Below, piece by piece: positions 1 through 10,363 of a stretch of DNA of 64,000 bases. The stretch's first letter is position 1; each line of letters starts with the position of its first letter. Origin of the DNA: a virus. The notes below the pieces were generated by a model. The model did no database searches. It was not told where the DNA came from and was given only the letters and a program-made list of their open reading frames with translations. The position numbers were made by a program, and so were the translations under genes. The DNA lies in the IMG/VR virus record IMGVR_UViG_3300030101_003608, positions 46,526 through 110,525 of that record; one strand, given 5' to 3'.

Positions 1-2393
1 TTAAGATATGCATCTATATCTTCTTTTGGAGTATTACCTGGAAAAGCATAATCATATATAAATCCTTTCTTACCTATATAATCAGGTGGATCTTCAAGAT
101 TAAAAGGGACTTTATTAGAATAAGTTTCATCCATGCTTTTCATTCTCGCCTTAAACATACCCTCATCCATATTTCCAAGACCAAAGGGAAATCCAGTACT
201 AGCATAAATACTAAGACCATGATTATATGCATCTAAACTATCTTGATAAGCTTGCATTGCTTTTCCATCTTGAGCTTTAGGAAGTTCTATAGTATTATGA
301 GGACGCTCACCTTTCTTATATCTTACTTTCTTTGTTGAAGCATTTTCAATAAGTTTTCCATTTTTACGTCTAATATTTTTATATGATTTAATACTTCCAT
401 CTTTATATCTACGTGTAACTTCTCTTTCAGTAAATTTAACTCTAGGTGTATCTTCTGTTTTATAAGTAATATCTTTAGTTAAGGTTTTACTTACTCCTCT
501 ATTTGGTCTATATACATCAACTACTTTTCTTTCTCCAAACTCTGTAGATCCTGAATCTTCTTCATAAACTCTTCTATAACCTTTTTTCTTACGTTCACCT
601 TCTTCCATCTCTTCTAGTATATATCCACCTTTTGCGTATTCTGCAGCTTCATCTTTTGTAAGTTCTATATCTAGAAACATTCCTTCTTTTGCCATTTGCA
701 TATCATCCCCTTCTACTTGTGGAGCTTCATTTTTAGATATATTATTTAACATCCACATTATCTCTTCATCACTGTATGATTTTTTAAGTTGATCCATAGG
801 ATCAAGCCGTTCTCCGTCATAAGGATTTTTTAATCTTTTTAGTTTTTTATAAGCTTTCTTATCTACTTTTTGTGTAAAAGGATCATATATGCCTGCCTTT
901 TGAGCTACTTGTCTAATCTCCATTAATCTTGCTCTAGTCTCAGTGGGTCTTTCAACATAATTCATTGTCCTTTCCTTACGTTTTACATAATCAGGATACT
1001 TTTTTTTATACCATTGCCATTGTTTTCTAGGAGTATCTACACCTTCAGGAAACCATCCTTCATCTTCAAACTGTTTTCTTCTTTTATACCAAGCAGGACT
1101 TCTATAATATTTCTTAGCCGCAGCTTTATCCATATAAGCTATATCAGAATCAGGAATTAACCTACCAGAATTTTCTAAAGATATATCTGTAGAATGACTA
1201 ATCTCATGTATATTGGAATGACCATAATGTTCTAAGTTTTCAGGATTATGACCAACTTGTCCAGAATGTTCAATCCAAGCAATTGGCTGGTCGGGATCAG
1301 GAATTTCTTCATGAGTATCTTGATCATGTATCATTTTCTGTCTATACTTAGGAGCTGGCATATTTGATAAATTAAACATTCTTTGTTCAGCTATAGATTG
1401 AGCACCCCGCTGAGGAGATACTCTTGGTTTACCATCAGCAACATCTTTTTCAAAATCAGCTTCCATTGATTGCATAAGCATTTGCTTATACATAGGAGAA
1501 TTCATATAATCTCTAAACCATTGTACATCTTTAGGAAAACTTTCATTAGCTTCTTTAATAGCTTTATTGATTTTTTCTGTTCTTGGATATTTTTCAAAAT
1601 ATTCTTCCTCACTAATGCAGTTTTTAGTTTGATGATCATATATCATACCTTCGTTACATGGTGATGACACTCCTTTTTTTGTAGCTTCTTTAAAAATACG
1701 TTTTCTTCTTTTCTCATCTTCTCTCTTATTATAATCTTCTACATCAAAATATATTTTATTATATTTTGAATGTGGATACCAACCTGTCCACTCTCCAAGT
1801 CCTCTAAGTATATCCTTACGGTTTTCATCAGCCCAATTTGTTAAACTCTCATTAGCTCCATCCAGCAAATTCTTATCAGGCTTAGGCTCTTCAGGTTTTG
1901 GAATAGATTGCATATCTATTACACCTGGTATACCAAATTGAGCTTTAGGAAGTTCTCCACCTTCATTTAGCTCTTCTAAAATATAACCTCCTTTTGCATA
2001 TTCATCAGCTTCCTTTTCAGTGAGTTCCACGTCTATAAATTCTAAAGATCCTCCAAGATTTCTTTTAGGTAATGTCTTTATATTACCATTATGAGTTCTA
2101 GCATATCTAGCCTTATCAGTTTCCATACTAGGTATTAAAGTTCCTGAATATGTTTTACCCTTAAAGTTCCAAGATACATTCCCACCATTATCATACATTG
2201 GTATTTCATAAACAGAATTTCCCGGAAATTGATAATCATAACCAGGCATCATCATTTGTTGATTACCTTCATCATCAATACCTAATACAGGATAGTTTAC
2301 TCCTTTCATAGTTATGCTTCCCCCTACATTTGGAATTAATGTATTCTCTCCAGGAAACTCCCACTGTCCGTATTTACTTTTCTTAAATTTCAT
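1..2393 (-). CDS. Partial (runs off left edge) crAss-like virion cargo-like protein with zincin (HExxH) module and repeated GG-motif linkers
   Basis: ATG at 2391-2393 overlaps the muzzle stop (TAATG). Not in the ORF track, consistent with an open frame to the window edge. Reads MKFKKSKYGQWEFPGENTLIP..ITMKGVNYPVLGIDDEGNQQMMMPG; HEISH at ~1194-1208 followed by YVERPTETRARL. Confidence 0.75.
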   Translation of the reverse strand, partial: MKFKKSKYGQWEFPGENTLIPNVGGSITMKGVNYPVLGIDDEGNQQMMMPGYDYQFPGNSVYEIPMYDNGGNVSWNFKGKTYSGTLIPSMETDKARYARTHNGNIKTLPKRNLGGSLEFIDVELTEKEADEYAKGGYILEELNEGGELPKAQFGIPGVIDMQSIPKPEEPKPDKNLLDGANESLTNWADENRKDILRGLGEWTGWYPHSKYNKIYFDVEDYNKREDEKRRKRIFKEATKKGVSSPCNEGMIYDHQTKNCISEEEYFEKYPRTEKINKAIKEANESFPKDVQWFRDYMNSPMYKQMLMQSMEADFEKDVADGKPRVSPQRGAQSIAEQRMFNLSNMPAPKYRQKMIHDQDTHEEIPDPDQPIAWIEHSGQVGHNPENLEHYGHSNIHEISHSTDISLENSGRLIPDSDIAYMDKAAAKKYYRSPAWYKRRKQFEDEGWFPEGVDTPRKQWQWYKKKYPDYVKRKERTMNYVERPTETRARLMEIRQVAQKAGIYDPFTQKVDKKAYKKLKRLKNPYDGERLDPMDQLKKSYSDEEIMWMLNNISKNEAPQVEGDDMQMAKEGMFLDIELTKDEAAEYAKGGYILEEMEEGERKKKGYRRVYEEDSGSTEFGERKVVDVYRPNRGVSKTLTKDITYKTEDTPRVKFTEREVTRRYKDGSIKSYKNIRRKNGKLIENASTKKVRYKKGERPHNTIELPKAQDGKAMQAYQDSLDAYNHGLSIYASTGFPFGLGNMDEGMFKARMKSMDETYSNKVPFNLEDPPDYIGKKGFIYDYAFPGNTPKEDIDAYL

Positions 2394-5300
2394 TATCTCT
2401 GACTTAATTGGGATTTAGTATTTACAATCTTTAGGATCATGTTTGTATTTCGTGAATCATCTCTAATTAACTTAACAAAGTTTAAGTAATGTCTAAACTT
2501 CTTTCTTTGTAGTAATGGTTTACTATAGTTAAGATTAAAGTCATTTAGATTTTTTACATAACCATTAGGTTCAGTAATCCATATATTATTTTGAGGATAA
2601 CTTCCTAAAAGTTCAGTTGTACCTGGAATTAATGGTCCTGTAGGAGGATAATCAGATCCTTGAGGAAACTCTCCTCTATCTTTAGTAATATCCCAGAACT
2701 GATTAAATCTATATTTGTTTTCTTCTTTTGAAAATAATATATCAAATGAAGCAAGGTTAGATCCTAGTTTAGGATATGTTTGAGATAAAGCTACATTATT
2801 CTTTGGGAATATATTTAAGTTAAGAATTCCTGAAGCCTGTTCTGAGTTACTAATTATAGCTTTATTAAAATTATAATCTAATACATGGAACTGATCGCTA
2901 CATAGTTGAATATCTTTTCTATAACATTCAAGAACATATTCAATACTTCTCATAGTGGTAACTGTTTGTCCCGTTGGTACAGGTATCTCTATTTCAAAAG
3001 GATATTGCACACCGTAAAAATTACAGTAATCATTACAAGCACTATTATGTTTCCATATACCATCTTTTTTAGTAGTAAGGAAATGTCCTTTACTTGGTAT
3101 GTATAAACCAGGGTTCCAATCATGGAATGAAATCCATAATTTATTTTTAGGATCATAACTTACTGTCCAAGACGCATCTTTAAAAAATCTAGAATCTCCT
3201 AATGTTATAGTATAATTAACTTGATCTTTTAATTTAAATCTATTTGTACTTGGGTCAAAATCAAGAATTCCTACAAATTCTTTTTTAACCATGAAGTCTC
3301 TTTTAGAAAAGTACAAAACAGAATTTGAGTTATCATAAGTTGCAGAACAGCCTATACCCGCTACAGGATTATTTGTATGAGGATAATTTGGAAACTCTTC
3401 TAAAAGCTTAAATGGTAAAAATTTATCAAACCACCACTTCATTCCAGTTTGAGATATCTCTTCTAGTTTTCCTGTATAAGCAAAGATTTTACCTTGCTCT
3501 TGTGATATAAAGTATATACCTGCTGGAGTAGATATTACAGAATATATATCTTGGCAAGAACCATATTGATAAGGTTGATCTGATACTACTACATTTTGAG
3601 GCGTAGTAGCAAATAATCCACCATCACCTATAGTAGCTTTAACTCCTAAATAAGTTTCTCTTTGATCTACACCTTGGAATACCAGAGGACTGTTATTTTT
3701 AAATGTAACTAACAAACCTGTTTTACCAAATGTCTTAACGGTATTTAATTCACTTTTAAAATCTACTTTATTCAAAGCCAAGAACATTAACCATGAATCA
3801 TAAGCTTCATGCTCTTGTAAAGGTTTTGAATATTGAATTCTATTTGGAAAACTTGTATAACACAGTTCAGCTGTTTCTGGATCATAATTAGTTCCTTGTA
3901 AAGCTCCATTATTGTAGTACTGACTAAATAAGAATCTTGACGCACTTAAAGAATAATCATATCTAAAAAAATTACCTTTGGTAAATATAGCAGGGTTCTG
4001 ACTAAACAATTGTTGCAGATCTGTAAACAACCATTTGTTATAAGACTTTTCTTCAGCACTTCTACCTGCAAATCTCCAGTCTGTAATTACTTCACTTTCT
4101 ACAAAGAAGTCTTTTATACCACTTACTGATGTATAGAAATATGAATTCTTTACACCTATTAAACCAGGATATCTAGTAACAAAATTAAATGCTTCATCAT
4201 AACCAAAAGGTGGAGGAGCGTCTAAGTTGTAATAAGATCTTGGAAATAATCCTTCACCTACACCAGAAGAACCCGCTTGAAATATATTTAGTAAGTTATC
4301 AAAATTTAGATCACTTATATCCCATCTATTGCTGTTAACCATAAATCTAGGTTCAGGAATCATTTGTCTTCTAAAATAATTAAACCTAGTATTATCTGGT
4401 TTATCATAAAGCCATTCATAGAAGAAAGGCATCATAGTTTTTTCAGTATGTCTTGTGACATAAGTATCTCCTCCAAAAAATGCAGGAGTGGTTTTTATTT
4501 TAGTATGTTCAAAACTTAAACTACCACAAACATTAGGAAGAGAGGATATTTGTATAGTATTAGGATCTGGCAAGTTTTCTCTAAAATCTATTCTTTGTTC
4601 ATGAGGAGTTGTCATAACTTGAATGATAGATCCTAGTTGTCTATATAAATTTCTAAATGTATATTTTAAACCTACATAATGACTTGCAATTATTGTTTCA
4701 AACTCATTTGATTTATTGTTTTCTCTAAAAGCTTCTCCATCTAAAAATAAATCTTTCCAACCTAAACCTATATCTTTTTGAACTAAACCTAAAGTCATAG
4801 AGGATTGGTCAACACTTTTAATAAACTGAAAGTTTATACCAGCAACACCGGTAGTAAGAAAGTTTGGACCATCTGGATTTTCATCATCATCTGTAGTTCT
4901 AAGTACAACTAATTCAGGTCTTAATAAATTATTTATTCTATAATTTACCTCACCATTATATGTTGAATAAGGAAAACTATAATTATAATTTTGAGCTTGA
5001 TATGTAGGAAACTGAAATACCTGATCTTTTACATATGATCCCACAGGTAATCTAAATCTATTTACATTATCCCAGTTTTCATTACTGTTTGAAGGGCGAA
5101 ATTTAGTATACTCACCATGACCAATTCCTTGAAGAGCATACTGCCTAGTTCTAACTATTGAATATAATACATCTACAGTATCTTTAGCTCCTTCTGCAAA
5201 ATAATATACAGACTGACCTAACATAGTGAACCCAGGAATAAGGTTACCTATAGCATTTGCGTTTGTAAAAATTGCAGGTAATAACTGGTATGCTGTGTAA

Positions 5301-7960
5301 GTTTTATCATATCCTGGTAATGTTAGTTGACCTGTTGCGCCACTAATTGCATTTGATGCTGCCGTTTGTGCAGTTACTAAACCGTTTCCACCAGCTATAA
5401 CATCAGTAAAAAATCCACCACCGTTAATATATCCAGGTAATGCCGTATTCATATATGTTCCTAATGATACATTACCTGCTACTAAACCTGTCAAACCACC
5501 AGGAAGAGCTGGAGGTCCAGGGGGAGGCCCTCCAGGATCTGGAAATGATAGACCTGTTGTACTACTTCCTGCCATTACAGGATATCTAGGAACAGTATAA
5601 TTTACTTCTGGATAGTTTATATTAAGCTCTCCCGTTACATTTAGAATTACATTAATTAAACCGCCTAATATAGTAATAAGCAATATTTCATTTCCAAGCA
5701 ATTTAAACTCTGGATGTTTTTCTGGTTCAATAAACTGTTGAACAGCTTTACCTTTTAAAAACCCATAAACTTTTAATTCAGATGCGGTAAGAGCGGGATT
5801 ATTATAACTTGTATCTGGTGAATGAAATGATTGTATGTCTATAGGAATATTTTGAGCTATTCTTTTACCATCCTTTGCAGCATCTGAGGGTACAGCTCTT
5901 CTAAGCATGAAAGGATCATTATATAAATAATCAGCACGACCTGTAAACACACCTTGATTAGCTCTAGGTATTAAACAGTTATATGGATAGTTTGCATAAA
6001 GACCTAGTGTAGGCGTATTATCAATACTTTCTGGGCTTCCCTTTATGCTATAGTTTCTAAAGTTATTTATCATACCTTTAGCTAGAATAGTTTTATTACC
6101 ATTTCTAGAACCTCTTAAAATTTCATATCCAACTACATTAGGAATATCATTACCATCATTATCTTTTGGCATAATGATATTCTTAAATCTTACTCCCATA
6201 AGTCTAATCTTAAACTGCCCGTCACTATTCTTTTTAAAGTGATAAGTAGATTCTGTTAAATCATTATCTGGAAACCTATGATGTCTTATAGGTTTTCCAC
6301 ATAAATCAAATCTACGACTAGGAGCATTAGGAGGATCATTAGTGGGTGGTAGAGGTACACCTGTCCAACACTGAGAACTAGAGTTCCATATTTCAGGTTG
6401 GTTATCAGGATAGAATTCACTTGACTGCCAGTAACCCATTTTACCAGCTGCAATTATTTGACCACCATCCTCTAATGGTTCTATAGCTGATGAAGTTTGT
6501 GTGGCTGTATTTAGTACATGAAAGATTTGATTGTCTTCATATAATGGAGTTGTACCTACACTGTTCTGATCATCAAGAGTAGCTATGTCTGTTGTTGATA
6601 CACCTGCCGGAGTTACATAATCTCCCGGAGGTCTACCCGGAATATGATATGATGCAGACTTATCCCCTGTATCATATACCCATCTTATGAAGAATGCATA
6701 TATCTCATCTCTTAAATAACCTGCATTCTTTCCTCCATCTGTATAATACTTTTCATCATATTCTACAGATACCCATTCTGCCTCAATTAAATTTGCTAAA
6801 GGTTGATAATTAAAATTAAATTTAGAAGTAGGTCCGATTCTTAATAGATAGTTGTTTGCAGAAAGCATTTGCTCTGATTTTTCAAACACATAATCTCTAT
6901 TTAAAATGGTTAATTTATCTACGGGTTCAAACTGATCATTAAATAAATCTACTATAACTCTTTTTGTTTTAGTTGAGTAAAAACCTATAATTTTGTTATC
7001 TTCATTTTGATTAGTAAACCTTACAACAACTAATTCAAATTCATCAAAAGCTTCTTCATCTACATCAATTTCTATATCTAAAGATCCTCTTAAATCTGGA
7101 TCATAATAAATAGGTTGAGGATGACCCACAGAAAAATAATTAGTTACCCTTACTTGATCTATAGTATATGCAATTGCTACTGCATAAGATCCATTAGGTA
7201 AGGATCCGGGTTGTTCTCCACGTTTAATATTAGTAGAAGGAGTTTTAAGCAATCTTGCTAATCTTAATTTATCACAATCTACTTTATTTGAATCTGGGTA
7301 AGTTTCACATGGATCTGGAGTTAATGGATTTTGTAAATCTTTCTCCCAAATCACTCCTGGCCATAATACTTGAGTAGCTCCATTTGTGTAGTAATTTACT
7401 GTAGCTGAACCTGGTTGACCATTCATGTATGTAAAAGGTTCGTCAATCCAAAGTTTTGGATCTCCAATATTCATATATCTATCAGGGTTAAAATTGTCAG
7501 CCCAATATACTTGCCATGAACAATTATCTAATAATCTAGATGCTCCTGTAATTAAATATAACTTATCAAAGTTTAAACATTTATCATTTACTATAACTCT
7601 ATATCTACAAGGATCTTCTTCAAATAATCCTATTTCAGATGCTATTACATTTGAACCTAGGGCATCATACTGTACACTGTATATTACCCACTTATCGCTA
7701 TATAAATGTATTGTACCAATAATATCTTTATTAGTACCTGTAGATGCAAACATTGCTTTAGCACATAAAGCATTTGACTCTTCATTAGAAACAGTTCCTA
7801 AATCTCCACTAGATGTATTATTGCTAGCATTTCTAGCATGTGTCCACATTCCAGCTTTTACAAAAGAAGGATCAGAATCTTTATTTAACCCTTTAATAAA
7901 AGTATTAGTTTGGACATTTCCTGTATTAGGAGTTTTTCCTTGTTTCCTTTGTTTAGCCAT
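2393..7960 (-). CDS. Tail muzzle / stabilization protein (crAss-like, P22 gp10-like)
   Basis: 1855 aa; N-terminal NTFIKGLNKD..WTHARNA and C-terminal SYDPKNKLWISFHDW typical of crAss-like muzzle proteins; follows ring genes. Confidence 0.8.
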   Translation of the reverse strand: MAKQRKQGKTPNTGNVQTNTFIKGLNKDSDPSFVKAGMWTHARNASNNTSSGDLGTVSNEESNALCAKAMFASTGTNKDIIGTIHLYSDKWVIYSVQYDALGSNVIASEIGLFEEDPCRYRVIVNDKCLNFDKLYLITGASRLLDNCSWQVYWADNFNPDRYMNIGDPKLWIDEPFTYMNGQPGSATVNYYTNGATQVLWPGVIWEKDLQNPLTPDPCETYPDSNKVDCDKLRLARLLKTPSTNIKRGEQPGSLPNGSYAVAIAYTIDQVRVTNYFSVGHPQPIYYDPDLRGSLDIEIDVDEEAFDEFELVVVRFTNQNEDNKIIGFYSTKTKRVIVDLFNDQFEPVDKLTILNRDYVFEKSEQMLSANNYLLRIGPTSKFNFNYQPLANLIEAEWVSVEYDEKYYTDGGKNAGYLRDEIYAFFIRWVYDTGDKSASYHIPGRPPGDYVTPAGVSTTDIATLDDQNSVGTTPLYEDNQIFHVLNTATQTSSAIEPLEDGGQIIAAGKMGYWQSSEFYPDNQPEIWNSSSQCWTGVPLPPTNDPPNAPSRRFDLCGKPIRHHRFPDNDLTESTYHFKKNSDGQFKIRLMGVRFKNIIMPKDNDGNDIPNVVGYEILRGSRNGNKTILAKGMINNFRNYSIKGSPESIDNTPTLGLYANYPYNCLIPRANQGVFTGRADYLYNDPFMLRRAVPSDAAKDGKRIAQNIPIDIQSFHSPDTSYNNPALTASELKVYGFLKGKAVQQFIEPEKHPEFKLLGNEILLITILGGLINVILNVTGELNINYPEVNYTVPRYPVMAGSSTTGLSFPDPGGPPPGPPALPGGLTGLVAGNVSLGTYMNTALPGYINGGGFFTDVIAGGNGLVTAQTAASNAISGATGQLTLPGYDKTYTAYQLLPAIFTNANAIGNLIPGFTMLGQSVYYFAEGAKDTVDVLYSIVRTRQYALQGIGHGEYTKFRPSNSNENWDNVNRFRLPVGSYVKDQVFQFPTYQAQNYNYSFPYSTYNGEVNYRINNLLRPELVVLRTTDDDENPDGPNFLTTGVAGINFQFIKSVDQSSMTLGLVQKDIGLGWKDLFLDGEAFRENNKSNEFETIIASHYVGLKYTFRNLYRQLGSIIQVMTTPHEQRIDFRENLPDPNTIQISSLPNVCGSLSFEHTKIKTTPAFFGGDTYVTRHTEKTMMPFFYEWLYDKPDNTRFNYFRRQMIPEPRFMVNSNRWDISDLNFDNLLNIFQAGSSGVGEGLFPRSYYNLDAPPPFGYDEAFNFVTRYPGLIGVKNSYFYTSVSGIKDFFVESEVITDWRFAGRSAEEKSYNKWLFTDLQQLFSQNPAIFTKGNFFRYDYSLSASRFLFSQYYNNGALQGTNYDPETAELCYTSFPNRIQYSKPLQEHEAYDSWLMFLALNKVDFKSELNTVKTFGKTGLLVTFKNNSPLVFQGVDQRETYLGVKATIGDGGLFATTPQNVVVSDQPYQYGSCQDIYSVISTPAGIYFISQEQGKIFAYTGKLEEISQTGMKWWFDKFLPFKLLEEFPNYPHTNNPVAGIGCSATYDNSNSVLYFSKRDFMVKKEFVGILDFDPSTNRFKLKDQVNYTITLGDSRFFKDASWTVSYDPKNKLWISFHDWNPGLYIPSKGHFLTTKKDGIWKHNSACNDYCNFYGVQYPFEIEIPVPTGQTVTTMRSIEYVLECYRKDIQLCSDQFHVLDYNFNKAIISNSEQASGILNLNIFPKNNVALSQTYPKLGSNLASFDILFSKEENKYRFNQFWDITKDRGEFPQGSDYPPTGPLIPGTTELLGSYPQNNIWITEPNGYVKNLNDFNLNYSKPLLQRKKFRHYLNFVKLIRDDSRNTNMILKIVNTKSQLSQR

Positions 7961-8987
7961 TGCTGTGAATATTATGTCTTACACGTCTATTAATTAAATT
8001 TGGAGAATGAGAACTAAACATGTTGTAATACCTAGCATACATTGCTTTTCTATTAGCATTTGTTATTTCTTTTAACTCTCTAAAGTTAGGTGTATTAACT
8101 ACGCTTAATGCATTATTTCTAGCGCCTCTCAATCTTTGTTCAACAAGTTGCATTCTTTGAGCAACATCTTCACCATTCATATAAAGATTTTCAAGAATTC
8201 TAGATTTAAATGCATATTCATAATATTCATTTATTAGATCATGATCAGGTACTAGCAAGTTACCTTCTTCATCTTCCATCTGACCTTGGTAGTTTAAATA
8301 TACTTTACCTGTTTTAAAGTTTGTAAAAAGAAATCCATGTTTAATCCAACCTTCATTTTCAGTATTATGATATAAGTTGGGACACTCACAATCAATATTC
8401 TGACTAGCCTTCATTTTCAAAGGAAGCAGTTGTTTATATAGTAAAGTTTCTGAAGCATTAATTACTTGAATTAATTCATAAGATTCTCCCTTACAGTTCA
8501 TAAAAACTCTAGGTTTTACATTAGCATCTCCATAAGGTTTATTAGGATTATTAACCAAACACGTGCCTTCATTACCTTTATCATCGCAACAAGGTGTTGG
8601 TTCATTTGTATCACAAGGATCAGGAACATCTTTTGGAAAGTCATCATATGTTACAGGAAGAGTGCCTGTTGTAATTGGTACTTCTATCATAGTAGTTCCC
8701 CCAGCTATACCATCATAACCAATTTTTCTTTCATAGTCTCCGCAAATTAATGCATAGTTGAATGTATAAAAGTCATCAGGTAGTTTTACTTTACCATGAC
8801 AAACATCAAGTATAACCTCTTTTTGTTGATTAATTCTAAGCCCTAAATCATAATTAAGTTTTTTAGCAAGCTTAATTAGCTGCTGCGGCTCAATCATATT
8901 TTCTAAAGCTAATGAACTTAAATCTACAGTTACATCTTCTAAAAGTTGATCAAAGGTTCTATATTTTAAAGTATAGTTATAATCCAT
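7953..8987 (-). CDS. Tail ring / tubular protein
   Basis: 344 aa, directly upstream of muzzle; GKVYLNYQG...LLVPD motif typical of crAss ring proteins; Cys-rich insertion. Confidence 0.6.
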   Translation of the reverse strand: MDYNYTLKYRTFDQLLEDVTVDLSSLALENMIEPQQLIKLAKKLNYDLGLRINQQKEVILDVCHGKVKLPDDFYTFNYALICGDYERKIGYDGIAGGTTMIEVPITTGTLPVTYDDFPKDVPDPCDTNEPTPCCDDKGNEGTCLVNNPNKPYGDANVKPRVFMNCKGESYELIQVINASETLLYKQLLPLKMKASQNIDCECPNLYHNTENEGWIKHGFLFTNFKTGKVYLNYQGQMEDEEGNLLVPDHDLINEYYEYAFKSRILENLYMNGEDVAQRMQLVEQRLRGARNNALSVVNTPNFRELKEITNANRKAMYARYYNMFSSHSPNLINRRVRHNIHSNG

Positions 8988-9652
8988 TATCTAAGTGTAT
9001 TTTGTCCATCATCCTGTCCATCTGTAGGAACTTGCATGGTCATGGTTAATTCTTTTACTACGTATTGTTCTATTTCAGAAAATAAATAGTCTGGTATATT
9101 TAATGATTGGTCTTGACGTATAATGCACTTATCAGAGTCACATGTTTCAACATCATTCTCAAATATTGCTTCAATTTTAACTGCATCCCATTCTAAGTTA
9201 GGAAAGTATAGATAGCCGTCAAGAAACCAAAAGTATTGTCTTTTATTATATTTAAAAGTTGTAGTTTTAGTCATAGAAACAAAAGTACCGGGATCAGTTC
9301 TAAATAATTCTTTAGAACCGTCAATTGAAGATACTGTTCTAAATATAGGTCCCTGTATACCAGTTAAAAGATTTGGAAGCTTTTCTTTTGTTCTTTTAAA
9401 ATAACATCCTGAGTATACCCCATAACAAGCAGCATCTACCTTATCTACTTCAATAAGTTCAACATAAGGCATTGTTTTAAAAATATTGCTAATCTTCATT
9501 AACCTAAGTTGGTTATCTTCTCTCTTCATAAGAGACTGACCGTATTTAAGAATAGAATAGTAAATAGTTCTATCAGTTAAGAAAGGATCTTCCTTAACAG
9601 CTTTAAGAGTATTTCTTACTCTAGATATTGCTTCTCCAACTGTTGTGCTCAT
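8987..9652 (-). CDS. Tail ring protein
   Basis: 221 aa; YFWFLDGYLY..N....VKIEAIFE and C-terminal P-D-x2-DD pattern; position in crAss tail module. Confidence 0.6.
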   Translation of the reverse strand: MSTTVGEAISRVRNTLKAVKEDPFLTDRTIYYSILKYGQSLMKREDNQLRLMKISNIFKTMPYVELIEVDKVDAACYGVYSGCYFKRTKEKLPNLLTGIQGPIFRTVSSIDGSKELFRTDPGTFVSMTKTTTFKYNKRQYFWFLDGYLYFPNLEWDAVKIEAIFENDVETCDSDKCIIRQDQSLNIPDYLFSEIEQYVVKELTMTMQVPTDGQDDGQNTLR

Positions 9653-10230
9653 AAGTCAAATTCATTATAGTCCTTTAAAGCATGTTCTTGCTTTTTTAAT
9701 CTTATTTCATTAGCTACTTTTTTACCAAAAGCAAATTTTAATTTTTGTCTTGGATCAACTACTATATAGTTGTTCCAGTTTTCTGGATATGTTTTAGCAA
9801 CTGCTCTTTTAAATTCTCTACAAGCTATGAATCCCCAAAACTCTCTATTTCTAAATTTATGTTTTATTTCACGGTTTGTAAAAAAAATCTTAGCTAGCTT
9901 ACCATCACTGTCCCAATTTTTATTTGAAACCTTAACACCGTATTTTCTAGATTTAGCGTAATCAACATTTTTCTTTTTACTAGCTTGACAAGTTCCTATA
10001 AAAAGCCAACCTAATGACTCAGGTAGTTCTACACCATTTCTATTATCAATCACTGTTTCAAAAGCCAATTTATTAAAAGATTTAATAATTGATCTTATTT
10101 CTTTATCCTTTAATTTATTATACCTAGGATATTTTTCTCTAAATCTGTCAAAGAACTCTTTATTTAGAACTTCATAAGTGTCTGCTCTAAATCTAGGAGC
10201 CTGTAAGTTTGGTGTTTTAAATGGTTCCAT
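9649..10230 (-). CDS. IHF/HU-like DNA-binding protein of the crAss tail module
   Basis: Basic 193 aa; helix followed by GVELPESLGWLFI resembles the HU/IHF beta-arm start; conserved position in crAss-like phages. Confidence 0.55.
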   Translation of the reverse strand: MEPFKTPNLQAPRFRADTYEVLNKEFFDRFREKYPRYNKLKDKEIRSIIKSFNKLAFETVIDNRNGVELPESLGWLFIGTCQASKKKNVDYAKSRKYGVKVSNKNWDSDGKLAKIFFTNREIKHKFRNREFWGFIACREFKRAVAKTYPENWNNYIVVDPRQKLKFAFGKKVANEIRLKKQEHALKDYNEFDL

Positions 10231-10240
10231 ACTATGTAAA

Positions 10241-10252
10241 TAATATACTAAA
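10241..10252 (-). promoter_or_regulatory. Putative late promoter element (TAGTATATT type)
   Basis: Minus strand TTTAGTATATTA just upstream of the 10230 start. Similar WWGTATATT elements lie upstream of starts at 13575, 18666, 19722, 25702, 33665, 35534, 41837 and on plus at 53856; resembles the Bacteroidota -7 TAnnTTTG element. Confidence 0.5.
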
Positions 10253-10286
10253 AATTAATGAGATTAGCAAGTATAACAAATATAGT

Positions 10287-10323
10287 AAAAAAAGAAAACC
10301 CCCACTAGTGTGAGGGCTTTCTT
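10287..10323 (-). terminator. Probable intrinsic terminator
   Basis: Imperfect GC hairpin followed on the minus strand by a U-tract, downstream of 10364..11863. Confidence 0.45.
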
Positions 10324-10363
10324 GTTGTTAGCCACAGAAACCAACAAACCTGCGACAGTTTTA

